From Nostoc sp. (GTDB lineage Bacteria; Cyanobacteriota; Cyanobacteriia; Cyanobacteriales; Nostocaceae), in the NCBI GenBank assembly GCA_036918135.1, contig JBALDB010000046.1:128001-192000 (forward strand): a stretch of 64,000 nt of DNA, written 5' to 3'. Made by a program: the position numbers and the translations under genes. Positions 52,869 through 63,318 of this stretch are shown here, in pieces. Below the pieces are notes generated by a model. The model searched no databases. It was given only the letters and a program-made list of their open reading frames with translations, and was not told the DNA's origin. The first letter of the stretch is position 1. Each line of letters opens with the position of its first letter.

Positions 52869-53810
52869 GTGACTGCATTTAATTTACAAATCCCAGAAAA
52901 TAGTGATGAGGCGGGTGTTCGTATTGACCGTTATATTTCGCAAGAATTACCAGATTTATCCCGTTCCCGCATTCAACAATTAATCGAAGAAGGTAACGTT
53001 CAACTTAACGGCAAAGTTTGCATATCTAAAAAGATTAATGTAAAAGTCGGCGATCGCATCACTTTAGAAATCCCACAAGCCCAACCTTTAAAACTGCAAG
53101 CAGAAGATATTCCCCTAGATATACTCTACGAAGATGACCAGTTACTTATCCTCAACAAACCCGCAGGCTTAGTTGTCCATCCTGCACCCGGTCATCCAGA
53201 TGGCACCTTGGTTAATGCCCTGTTGGCACACTGTCCCAATTTACCAGGAATTGGGGGAGTCCAGCGTCCGGGAATCGTCCATCGCTTGGATAAGGATACA
53301 ACAGGAGCGATCGCGATCGCCAAAACAGAACTTGCCCATCATCACCTCCAAGCACAACTTAAAGCAAAAACCGCACGCCGAGAATACTTGGGCGTAGTTT
53401 ACGGTGCGCCGAAAGCTGAAAGCGGTACAATTGACTTACCTATTGGTCGCCATCCCCAAGACCGCAAAAAAATGGCTATCATATCCGTTGAACAAGGTGG
53501 ACGACCAGCTATCACTCATTGGCAAGTATTAGAACGCCTCGGTAACTATACATTAATCCACTTCCAACTAGAAACTGGACGCACCCATCAAATTCGCGTC
53601 CACAGCGCTAAAATTGGTCATCCGATTGTTGGTGACCCCGTTTATGGTTCTGGTCGTTCAGTGGGAGTAAATTTACCCGGTCAAGCACTACACGCTTGGC
53701 AACTAAAATTACAGCATCCCCTCTCTGGAGAGATGATTGAGGTGACAGCAACTCCTCCCAGCCAATTTACCAAACTTTTGGAAATGCTAAAAAGACGAAT
53801 TGCACCGTAA
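52869..53810 (+). CDS. rluD: RluA/RluD family pseudouridine synthase
   Basis: S4 domain, NKPAGLVVHP, HRLDKDTTG, TGRTHQIRVH. Confidence 0.9.
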   Translation: MTAFNLQIPENSDEAGVRIDRYISQELPDLSRSRIQQLIEEGNVQLNGKVCISKKINVKVGDRITLEIPQAQPLKLQAEDIPLDILYEDDQLLILNKPAGLVVHPAPGHPDGTLVNALLAHCPNLPGIGGVQRPGIVHRLDKDTTGAIAIAKTELAHHHLQAQLKAKTARREYLGVVYGAPKAESGTIDLPIGRHPQDRKKMAIISVEQGGRPAITHWQVLERLGNYTLIHFQLETGRTHQIRVHSAKIGHPIVGDPVYGSGRSVGVNLPGQALHAWQLKLQHPLSGEMIEVTATPPSQFTKLLEMLKRRIAP

Positions 53811-53935
53811 AGGTATGGAGGATGAGGAGTGCTGACTGATGACTATTGAGCCTCGCCGCAGACACTTTGCCGAGGCGTGAGAAGTTATTATTCATCCCCT
53901 CTGCTCCCCCCACACTCTCCATGCCCATAAACAAT

Positions 53936-54021
53936 TAGCGTGCATCAGACATGGGCTAAAGTCTGTTTCACTAGTTATACCTAAATGAAACTACTACTTA
54001 ACCCAGGACTGATGCACGCTA
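53936..54021. repeat. 86-nt long inverted repeat between convergent genes
   Basis: TAGCGTGCATCAG...CTGATGCACGCTA with inner arms TGGG.TAA/TTAACCCA and GTTTCA/TGAAAC. Confidence 0.75.
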
Positions 54022-54067
54022 CAAAATGCTCAAAACTATGCACTAACTAGCAACTGACTTCAAATCC

Positions 54068-54835
54068 TTACTTGATTCCTGTCAGTTGTCGATAAGGTAC
54101 ATCCTTGTCGATATCGATATTGTATGACGAGATCCTTTGTGGGATATTGCCAGTTGCATTCACTTCCTGTGCCATACCCAAGAATTGAGACGGATCGCCA
54201 GCCTTGGGCTTTTTGTCTTGGGGAGTGTATCTGCGTATTTCTACCTGCCAAATAATTTGGGGGAAGCCTAGCTGGGCACGGTGGTAAGCGTCGTATCGCG
54301 GAGATTTGATGTTGAAAGGCAACTCACCCTCAGCACGGGATGGCAGTACTCGACGCCGTTGATAAGGCACTGTTGAGTATCCAAAGCTACTTAGATATTC
54401 TTCAGTATTGAGTACTTCATCAATGAAGCCTCTAATACCCTTGGTAGCGACCACAATTGACCAAGCGATTTTTTCCCGCTCGTTGTATGGGTCACGTCCT
54501 AAAGCCCGTTGGATTACTTGCTCAACAAAACGATAGTTACTGTTGAGGTCGTAGAAGCTTTTTCTAAAGGTATTGGAAAGCAGCAACCCACGAATAAAGT
54601 CCCGTACAGTAATTTGTCCATTACGGAGTTGGGACTCTAGAAATGTTTCGCGATCGGCAGCAAAGGCATGAAAGAAAATTTGACGATATGCTGCTTCGAT
54701 CAGATTACCTAAATCTGATGGAGAAAGCAGATTATCTGTAGAAAAAATTCTGGGCTGTTCATCACCCGGTACTTCATATGCAGCTACACGCTGGTTTTGA
54801 CTTGAAGGATCGTATGTTAACAGAGGAAGTGACAC
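54068..54835 (-). CDS. cpcG: phycobilisome rod-core linker polypeptide
   Basis: [48 protein letters not shown]; no hydrophobic CpcL-type tail. Confidence 0.93.
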   Translation of the reverse strand: MSLPLLTYDPSSQNQRVAAYEVPGDEQPRIFSTDNLLSPSDLGNLIEAAYRQIFFHAFAADRETFLESQLRNGQITVRDFIRGLLLSNTFRKSFYDLNSNYRFVEQVIQRALGRDPYNEREKIAWSIVVATKGIRGFIDEVLNTEEYLSSFGYSTVPYQRRRVLPSRAEGELPFNIKSPRYDAYHRAQLGFPQIIWQVEIRRYTPQDKKPKAGDPSQFLGMAQEVNATGNIPQRISSYNIDIDKDVPYRQLTGIK

Positions 54836-55337
54836 TCTAATGCCTCCATGTTCTTAATTAAAGTTAACAACTTTAAATCACATATTAAGGGACGTAGTTG
54901 GATCAGAACCTTAGATTCTGATAAAGTTTCACGAAACTTAACCAATAGTGGTTGAGTATTCATAAAAACAGCGTTTAACCTGCTAGATTTAACCCACTGC
55001 TAGCTTCAGCAAGCCACTGCGGCTTCCCAGTCAATAACTAGTGACATCTCTAGACTATCTGCAAGCAATACGCTGTAGGGTTCTCAGCTAACCCAGCTCT
55101 TGCTTATAGGTGCTGAAGCTGACTTTCAAGTTCAGGAAATGCCCTACCGCAGATGATGGATTTTCTATCTTCTCAGGGTTCTTTCCGATTTAGCTAAATA
55201 TTAAGTAAAAGCTTTGTTCACATAATTCAGATTAGAAGATTCTGTTTCACTTTTTTCAACTGAAGCAATATTTTTTAACATTTCGCAAAATCAATTAATG
55301 AATAGGGGCATTGGGAGTGTTGACTGTTGAGTACAGA

Positions 55338-55358
55338 CGCGATTAATTGCGTCTGTAC
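55338..55358. repeat. core of short palindrome GTACAGACGCGATTAATTGCGTCTGTAC
   Basis: Near-perfect inverted repeat in intergenic DNA. Confidence 0.6.
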
Positions 55359-55416
55359 AAAAGTTAGGAATTTTCCTTATCTCCCCACACTCCCCCATTT
55401 CCCTATGCCCCATGCT

Positions 55417-55971
55417 TCATGCCCTATTCTCTTTACCTATCCAAAATTCCAGGGGATCTACGGTTGATTGACAGTAAGGCCAGCTACGCAAAGTTGCTTC
55501 CATTCCAACTTCCCAATAAGGTGGTTCTAATCCCAGCCCTAAACACAGATGAGACAGAATGCTAGCAAACTGCTGATTATGACCAAACTCTCCTAGATGG
55601 GCATGAGCGTATTCATGAACGACGATACCGAACCAGTCTTTAGGTGCAACTCGGCCGACATCTACCAAAATGGTGATCGGGTTTATGAGAATATTGCACA
55701 AACCGTCTATACCGAAAGATTGAGCGATGGGTACTGCAAAAATTTGGATATGGCGACGCTCTTGGGGATGAAAGCACTGGTGACAGGCTTCCAGATAGGT
55801 ATTGATTTGAGCGTTAACAGTATTAATGTTTTCGCCAATCCAAGTGCAAATGGCAATGCGATCGCGTAAGTTATCGAATACATTCACCATACCCGGTTCT
55901 AGGGCAAATCCCCTTACCTGATGTAGATAATCTTGCCCACGAGTAAAAGCATCGGTCTGCTTGAGAATCAT
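55417..55971 (-). CDS. hypothetical protein with HExxH zincin-like motif
   Basis: VVHEYAHAHLGEFGHNQQF; ATG directly follows the lyase stop codon. Confidence 0.75.
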   Translation of the reverse strand: MILKQTDAFTRGQDYLHQVRGFALEPGMVNVFDNLRDRIAICTWIGENINTVNAQINTYLEACHQCFHPQERRHIQIFAVPIAQSFGIDGLCNILINPITILVDVGRVAPKDWFGIVVHEYAHAHLGEFGHNQQFASILSHLCLGLGLEPPYWEVGMEATLRSWPYCQSTVDPLEFWIGKENRA

Positions 55972-56568
55972 TCACCAACCCAAAACAGAATAAAACTGTT
56001 GTTTAGAAGTTACCTCTTCGGTGGTGGAAGGTTCTAAAGAATTCTCAATTCGGGTTTCAGTGCAAAACGATGCAGTGCTAAAGCCGCCGAACCGTTTCAC
56101 TGTACTGCTTCGCAGTCGAATGTTTGGGCTGACGAACCAAAATCGTTCAATGGAACTCATTGTTTCGTATTCGGTTGTCAACACTAATCCATCTTCATCA
56201 TCCAGATGAAACAGACCAACGACGGGTACAATTTCCGCGTAGCCTCTTTCACGAAGTAATTTGCCTTGCCTTGGATTATCGGCATCAGGGACGATCGCAA
56301 ATATAGTTTTCCCTTGATGGTTTTCCTCATCCTCTCTATCCCAAGACATTGTGCCTAGCCAGCGCACCCGTGACCCTCCTACTGAGAGGCTAGGGTCAAT
56401 CTGATGATACTGGCACAGTTCAATGATTTCTGGATGATCGGCAGCCAGAGTTTCTACTTGTATATCAGATTCTCCCGTCTCTGAGCGCTTGAAGGCTAAG
56501 TGATGAGTTGCACGTTGCGATCGCCACTTCCCAGCACTTAGCTCAAAAAATTCCATTGCGTCTATCAA
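55972..56568 (-). CDS. CpcS/CpeS/CpeU-family phycobiliprotein lyase
   Basis: FFELSAGKWRSQRATHHL, LLRERGYAE, ERFWF, ASFCTETR. Confidence 0.9.
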   Translation of the reverse strand: MIDAMEFFELSAGKWRSQRATHHLAFKRSETGESDIQVETLAADHPEIIELCQYHQIDPSLSVGGSRVRWLGTMSWDREDEENHQGKTIFAIVPDADNPRQGKLLRERGYAEIVPVVGLFHLDDEDGLVLTTEYETMSSIERFWFVSPNIRLRSSTVKRFGGFSTASFCTETRIENSLEPSTTEEVTSKQQFYSVLGW

Positions 56569-56888
56569 TCTTCTGACTCCTACTTATGACTCCTGCGGAT
56601 GATGTTTTCCTTGTTTTTTCTTTTTAATGTCGTTGGTATATAAACATTCTAAACATTACAGCCATCAATGCTTAGCTTCAATAAACTCCTGAAAAAGGAA
56701 CAAACAAACGTGTCTTTTTCAAATTGTAAATTTTTATTATGTCAGCTTTTTATTACTTGACAAGATGGACATTTTAATATCTAAGTGCTAAATTAATATA
56801 AAGCAGCGTTTACCATAGGCTATACATACACATTCAGAGTGCAAGTAACAATAAACACCTCCGAGTCAGTCAAGTAGAGGAGTGAATC

Positions 56889-57056
56889 ATGGACTTCCCC
56901 ATCGAACTAACCTTAGAGCAACAATTTCGTTTACAAAACTTAAAAGACCAGGTAAAGAATTTGAGTCAACAAGAAGCTCAAGAATTTTTATTAGAAGTTC
57001 TACGGCAGATGATGGTGAAAGATAATTTGGTCAAACATCTGCTCAAACAAGCTTGA
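56889..57056 (+). CDS. nblA: phycobilisome degradation protein NblA (55 aa, absent from the ORF track)
   Basis: MDFPIELTLEQQFRLQNLKDQVKNLSQQEAQEFLLEVLRQMMVKDNLVKHLLKQA; AGAGGAG ribosome-binding site. Confidence 0.93.
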   Translation: MDFPIELTLEQQFRLQNLKDQVKNLSQQEAQEFLLEVLRQMMVKDNLVKHLLKQA

Positions 57057-57133
57057 GCGACTAACAAAATAAGATTTTCCTTAAGACTTATGCAGTCACT
57101 GCGTAGGTCTTAATTTTTTTGGGCAATGGGCAT

Positions 57134-57257
57134 TGGGCAAACAGGGAGTGTGGGAGGTGTGGGAGGATGGGGAAGAAATCTTTCCCCCCTCTCTCCCTAC
57201 ACTCCCCACACTCCCCACACTCCCCACAATTCCCACACTCCCCATCTCCCCATACCC
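57134..57257. repeat. dispersed purine/pyrimidine repeat, copy 2, with CACTCCCCA 9-mers
   Basis: Matches 2415-2490 over about 70 nt, followed by tandem 9-mers. Confidence 0.8.
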
Positions 57258-57398
57258 AAAGAAAATATTACAGATTATTACTTTCTCTCTCATAGAAAAG
57301 ACTAGGGTACTATTGATCCCCTATGTTTTACTTTGGCTACTCGCAGTTTATCTGACGAGACAACGCCAAAAATAATATCCGCCATTTGTGAATATTAA

Positions 57399-57965
<567 letters not shown>

Positions 57966-58038
57966 TAACTCATAGTTAACGGCTACTTAGCCAAACGAAG
58001 TGAAATCAAAACCCGATCAAATCCTATCTGGAGTATAA

Positions 58039-58539
<501 letters not shown>

Positions 58540-58576
58540 TACACAGATTGACTAGCCCAGCGGTTGTACTCTAAAA

Positions 58577-58637
58577 GTAGGGACTCTGGGTCTATTGCTT
58601 TGCCTAGATTAGGTTGAGTGATTGACCCAGAGTCCCT
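58577..58637 (+). terminator. stem-loop 3' of cpeA (transcript end or stabiliser)
   Basis: AGGGACTCTGGGTC...GACCCAGAGTCCCT inverted repeat. Confidence 0.65.
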
Positions 58638-58726
58638 CACTTGTGATTAAAAGAATTTAGCAGCAAAGCTGGAGACGCTGCACGGCTTGGCGTCAGAATT
58701 CAAGAGTCAGAACGAAATTTTTTCTT

Positions 58727-59335
58727 ATGACAACAGATTCTTTATTTGAACAGTTGAAACACCCTAACCCGAATCTGCGGGAACGAGCTATGTGGCAGCT
58801 AGCCGAAGTCCGCGATCAAAATACCATTCCTCGACTGATGAGTATTTTAGATGATGAAGATGTGACCTATCGTCGAGCTGCGGTAAAGGCATTGGGTGCT
58901 GTTGGTGTAGATGCTGTACCAGCACTGGTAGAGTCATTACTTAATAGTGATAACGCTACGATTCGGGGCAGTTGTGCTAAAGCTTTGGCACAGGTGGCCG
59001 CCAATCATCCAGACATACCCTTCCCCCAAGAGGGCTTACAAGGATTAAAAACAGCACTCGATGACTCAAATGGTGTTGTATACATCGCATCTGTGATGGC
59101 TCTGGGTGAAATTGGTTCCCCTGCCTTTGAAATTTTAACTGAAGCTTTGAAAACCACAGATAATGTTGCAGTAGCTGTGGCGATTGTGAATGCACTCGGT
59201 TCAATGGGCGATCAGCGAGGGGTGGAAGTGCTGACAGCATTGACTAATGATGAAACTGTTGATTCCTATGTTCGAGAGTCAGCGGTGAGTGCCTTACCTC
59301 GATTAGAGCAGGTGATTAAATATACTAGAAAGTAG
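58727..59335 (+). CDS. cpeZ: HEAT-repeat phycoerythrin lyase subunit
   Basis: LFEQLKHPNPNLRERAM, DEDVTYRRAAVKALG; located after cpeBA. Confidence 0.8.
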   Translation: MTTDSLFEQLKHPNPNLRERAMWQLAEVRDQNTIPRLMSILDDEDVTYRRAAVKALGAVGVDAVPALVESLLNSDNATIRGSCAKALAQVAANHPDIPFPQEGLQGLKTALDDSNGVVYIASVMALGEIGSPAFEILTEALKTTDNVAVAVAIVNALGSMGDQRGVEVLTALTNDETVDSYVRESAVSALPRLEQVIKYTRK

Positions 59336-59476
59336 CGTTTGCCCTTGGCGTTGGCGCAGCGATCGCTTTTAAATATAACTACCTTGATTTGGATATAGAT
59401 CGATCAAGGAAAATTAATTGCTCTCTTCAAACTTTCAAAATGAGAGCAAAATGTCAACAACTAAATTCCTGTTTCT

Positions 59477-60385
59477 CTATTCCCATGCATCCTCCTCTAA
59501 CTGTTTCTGAATTTGAGAAATTGCCAACTGCATTACCGCCTTAACTCCTGCTTCCGGTTCTTGGGTCAATGCAGTTTGTAGAGGTTCTAAAGCGACGCCA
59601 TCGCCAATTTTCATCAATGCCAAAGCGGCTGCTTTGCGAGTTTCCCAATCGGAATGATGCAATAACTCAACGAGGTTGGGAATCGCTGCTTGATAAGCTA
59701 AACTGCCTAAAGCTGCTGCTGCTTCGCACCGCACGATTGCGGATGGATCGCTCAGGGCATTAATTAAGACTTGAAATGCCTCAGCCTCAGTGTGTTCTTC
59801 AGCGATTTTAGCGATCGCTCCCACCACCGCCGCGCGAACCTCTGGGGAGTCAGAGTTGATTTCTCGATACAAGTATTCCTTGGCCTGTACTCCAATAAAT
59901 CCCAAGGCCCATACTGCATATCCTTTGGCACTTTCTGGATATTCTGATGAGGCTAAGATTTTCAGCAAGGCTGGGACAGCAGCCTCACCAATCTTTGCCA
60001 GCGCTCCCACTGACGAGGCTTTGACCACTGTATCCTCATCATTTAAGAGGGCGTCGAGCAAAGTGGGAATTGCGATCGGGTCAGCAATCAATGTCAAGGT
60101 TTTCGTGCTAGCTCGCCGCACAACTGGGTTTGGGTGATTTGCCACAGCTTCCATCAACAACGGAGTTACAGGCTTACCAACTTTACCCAATGCCTCTGCA
60201 AAACTCAAACGTACCATGCCCCGTGAATCTCCCATACTCTCAATCATCTGCTTGAGGATTTTTTGGTCATCACGGTTGAAGGTATTTAGATTTAATTGTT
60301 CGCTAACTGCTGCAAGTAAAGCATCAGTTTCAGCGTGGGATAGCTGAATTGAATTTTCTTTTGACTGAGTTTCAAAGTTGACCAT
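59477..60385 (-). CDS. cpeF: E/F-clan HEAT-repeat bilin lyase (CpeF/MpeV-like)
   Basis: ETDALLAAV, MGDSRGMVRL.FAEALG, HPNPVVRRA, D.D.VV..S.VGALA; inside the phycoerythrin cluster. Confidence 0.65.
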   Translation of the reverse strand: MVNFETQSKENSIQLSHAETDALLAAVSEQLNLNTFNRDDQKILKQMIESMGDSRGMVRLSFAEALGKVGKPVTPLLMEAVANHPNPVVRRASTKTLTLIADPIAIPTLLDALLNDEDTVVKASSVGALAKIGEAAVPALLKILASSEYPESAKGYAVWALGFIGVQAKEYLYREINSDSPEVRAAVVGAIAKIAEEHTEAEAFQVLINALSDPSAIVRCEAAAALGSLAYQAAIPNLVELLHHSDWETRKAAALALMKIGDGVALEPLQTALTQEPEAGVKAVMQLAISQIQKQLEEDAWE

Positions 60386-60511
60386 GCAAATTAGGGAATA
60401 GGTAACTCGAAGCCTGCATGAAGTGGGGATTAAGGAATTCTAAGAAAAAAGGGATTTCTACAAAATAAATTATCCCTCTTCTGGGGTGGGTATCTTGAGC
60501 GCTTAGCAGTA

Positions 60512-60751
60512 CTAGTTACTTTCGCTGAGACTAGCCTGCCGATCGCGCAGTTCTTGAAGCGCGGCATCAATTTTGGCCAGCTCAGGCTCCAATTTTGCCA
60601 TGACACTTACCCTCATCAACTTGGCGCGTTTTGCTGTTTCTGTAGTTTCTTTAACTAAACGTTCTCGATATTGCTCAAGTTCTGCAATCGCCTCTGCTAT
60701 ATCTTGAGCGGTTACATCATTATTTGTTGTGGATTCTGAGGTTTCATCCAT
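60512..60751 (-). CDS. small coiled-coil hypothetical protein
   Basis: 79 aa, IAELEQYRERL; adjacent to phycoerythrin genes. Confidence 0.7.
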   Translation of the reverse strand: MDETSESTTNNDVTAQDIAEAIAELEQYRERLVKETTETAKRAKLMRVSVMAKLEPELAKIDAALQELRDRQASLSESN

Positions 60752-61042
60752 ATCTTTTGTTTCCTAAATGTATATCTTATGATAATTTTTTGTCAGTGTT
60801 CGACTGTTGTTTATTGTTAAGTTACTTTTTCAAAACTAATAGTTTGTTTACGCATATAATTGAACAATTGTCAATAAATAACTAACTAATAGCTGACAAA
60901 AGATATATTCTAATTTTCTCAGATTGGGTTACCACTAGTAAAGTTTTTTGATGCAAATCCTCAAAAGCCGAGTCTAACCGCAGGCTTGAATCAAAATTGC
61001 GGCTGCTTCAGGTTTTTTAGATTAACCTTGCTTTGCCTACTT

Positions 61043-61828
61043 TCAGTTTTGTACTGAAAGTTTGTAACTTGGGGTATTGACTAATTCTGCAATAAACTGG
61101 CTGTACTCAGCTTTCATCGGCAAATCTAAATCTCGCCGGATACGCCGCCGCAGTGCAAGCACAGTTTCGTCTGTAATCGGATTAAATCCCTGTTTGTAGT
61201 ATTCTTCCCAATAAAGTCCTACACCTCGTTTTTGCCGATTGGGAAGTTGATTAAAATTAATTCCATGCTGGAATAACATCTCATTTTTATCGGCAACAGA
61301 CAACCCTTTCATCATGTTGGTTGCTTGAGTAGGATTTAGGCGATCGCGACGCAGACACCAGTAGCAATGAGCATTCAGAGCGTTTCTGTGGGCATCCTCA
61401 TGTCGCCAACGAAAATAATTTACAACTTCTTCTAAGTTGGGTAGTTGAGAAATTCGACAGTCAAAGCAGCCAATATTACCTAATAATAAAGAAAATTTTG
61501 CACTTGCTTCACCTGCTAAAACTGAATTAAGTTTTCTAAGTTTGCGGTTGAAAGTATTTTCTTGCTGAGCAAAAAGTAAAGATATTTCGTCACTTTGGGT
61601 ATAGCCATAGATAATATCTATGCCGCAATTCATCAAATGCTCGACTGTTTCTAGCATCAAGTCTCGAAAACGAATGTCATAAGGAGCTTCAAATTGATGC
61701 ACTTCTTTTGTCAAGCGAGTAAAGCTGCGTCCATCTAATCTGGCAACTATATAAAGTCCAGGTAGCACACAATAATCGTGGGCTGTTTCATATACCCGCA
61801 TTTTACTATCAAGCTCATCAAATTTCAT
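61043..61828 (-). CDS. tRNA(His) guanylyltransferase Thg1-like protein
   Basis: RLDGRSFT, YTQSDEISL, FDCR, YFRWRHEDAHRNALN; start overlaps the kinase stop. Confidence 0.92.
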   Translation of the reverse strand: MKFDELDSKMRVYETAHDYCVLPGLYIVARLDGRSFTRLTKEVHQFEAPYDIRFRDLMLETVEHLMNCGIDIIYGYTQSDEISLLFAQQENTFNRKLRKLNSVLAGEASAKFSLLLGNIGCFDCRISQLPNLEEVVNYFRWRHEDAHRNALNAHCYWCLRRDRLNPTQATNMMKGLSVADKNEMLFQHGINFNQLPNRQKRGVGLYWEEYYKQGFNPITDETVLALRRRIRRDLDLPMKAEYSQFIAELVNTPSYKLSVQN

Positions 61829-62267
61829 GTTTCCATTCCTCAACAGTAAATGAATAATTGAAATTAGTTTTTACTGAATAAATAGCATTGAATCCTTCGT
61901 CCCAACTTGGTAAAACCAGCTTTTTTTGCGTTGCTAATAGTCCTACTAAAGGTACGATTTGTTTGGGAGACCTTCGACTGTTCCGTTGTTGACACTCTTC
62001 CAATTCAGAGTCAAAATAGTAAGCTAAAACCCGGAAACCTTTGTCTTTAGCTGGAATAATGTATTGCTTTCTGTCTTCTACAGTTGGGTTAGTATTATCT
62101 ACCACAAAAGGCTGTTTAGCCTCTAAACACGCTTGCAAAAGAATTTGCTCTCGATGACGAGTTTTGAGCATATCAAGATTAAGATGGATATGCGTATTAA
62201 AAAACTGAGTGCAATAAAAGGTAGATTTACCTGCTCCCTGAATTCCAATAAAAATAATGGCTTCCAT
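61818..62267 (-). CDS. AAA_33 / polynucleotide-kinase-like P-loop kinase
   Basis: GIQGAGKST, VVDNTNPT, RNSRR lid, P..DEGF. Confidence 0.85.
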   Translation of the reverse strand: MEAIIFIGIQGAGKSTFYCTQFFNTHIHLNLDMLKTRHREQILLQACLEAKQPFVVDNTNPTVEDRKQYIIPAKDKGFRVLAYYFDSELEECQQRNSRRSPKQIVPLVGLLATQKKLVLPSWDEGFNAIYSVKTNFNYSFTVEEWKHEI

Positions 62268-62291
62268 TCACTGCCTCCCTCAGAGAGCATT

Positions 62292-62421
62292 TAAGTTGAT
62301 GGACATAAATAAATATAATATCTTCTGTCATTGCGAGCGAAGCGAAGCAATCCCAGAGACTTTGCGATTGCTTCGCTTCACTCGCAATGACATCTTAGAT
62401 TTAATCATGTCTATCTACTTA
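62292..62421. repeat. REP-like palindrome (62326-62392) inside a MITE-like inverted repeat
   Basis: TGTCATTGCGAG.GAAGCGAAGCAATC...GATTGCTTCGCTTC.CTCGCAATGACA; outer arms TAAGTTGATGGACAT / ATGTCTATCTACTTA. Confidence 0.75.
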
Positions 62422-62517
62422 TTAAGTAAATATTAATTTTATAGGCTGCATTATAGCGCAGTTCAAAGCATCACTCATCTCGGTGCGTTATTTAAAATTT
62501 ACTTGATAAAGAGCCTC

Positions 62518-63318
62518 TCAAATACTTTCATTTAGTGGAAAAATATCACCCTGCAAGTAGGATTCAAAGTATTTTTTAAAGTACTGAATACTGGTCATAT
62601 TCGGTTCATCACTTTCTGTGGGCGTGAATTCATAAATTGGGACTTTTTCTCTCACCAGTTTGACCAATTTAGGATCGAGCTGCTCAAAAGTATCTACTCT
62701 GGATATTGTGGTTTCAAATTTTAATTTAGCTGGATGAGCATATCCTAATTTCATCCAGGGCATCCAAGGACAATCTCTCGCCCATTTCGCAGGAGGAACA
62801 TCAGTTGCATCAGGTCGGCAGGTATTTGAGATAAAATATTCAACTCCCTTAAACTTTTCTCCAGGGCAATAATCTGAGTATTTACTATCTCCTGCTAAGG
62901 GATGCGGGTATTCTAAGGGAATTTCCATCACAGAGGTGAGATATCCCTTGCCTTTGGGTATGATAAATTTTTTGGGTTTGACTGAGCCTTGGACAATTCT
63001 ATTCGCAATATGTACTACTGGTACTGGTTGATTTGCTGTTGGGGAATGCCAAAAATGTAGAATTTCTTGAGTGTCTGGGTGACAAAATAGACCTAATTCT
63101 CTATTGATTCGATATCCAACTTCGCCATATTCAGAATCAGACTTGAGAAATACTTTCGTTGCATTCATGCCAACAATAGAGAACAATTTTTCTTTTGATT
63201 TATCTGGTGTCTCTTGCCACCAAATTTCTCCAGACCAATTGTAATAAAGTTGTAATCCATGATTTTTTCGATAAAAATCAAGATTATTAAGTTCGTAGTC
63301 ATTTAAGTAATCATTCAT
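62518..63318 (-). CDS. DUF1838-like protein
   Basis: WSGEIW..LFSIVGMNA..RELGLF..VPVVHIAN..PWMPWM; ATGA coupling to the WD40 gene. Confidence 0.7.
   Translation of the reverse strand: MNDYLNDYELNNLDFYRKNHGLQLYYNWSGEIWWQETPDKSKEKLFSIVGMNATKVFLKSDSEYGEVGYRINRELGLFCHPDTQEILHFWHSPTANQPVPVVHIANRIVQGSVKPKKFIIPKGKGYLTSVMEIPLEYPHPLAGDSKYSDYCPGEKFKGVEYFISNTCRPDATDVPPAKWARDCPWMPWMKLGYAHPAKLKFETTISRVDTFEQLDPKLVKLVREKVPIYEFTPTESDEPNMTSIQYFKKYFESYLQGDIFPLNESI

Noticed and set aside
56845..56858. NtcA box upstream of nblA (GTA-N8-CAC)
   Set aside because: One mismatch and only about 30 nt from the start codon, too close for a standard NtcA-activated promoter.
57096..57375. ORFs with PTLPTL / GSVGSV repeats
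   Set aside because: Translations of the 9-bp tandem repeat; no coding evidence.
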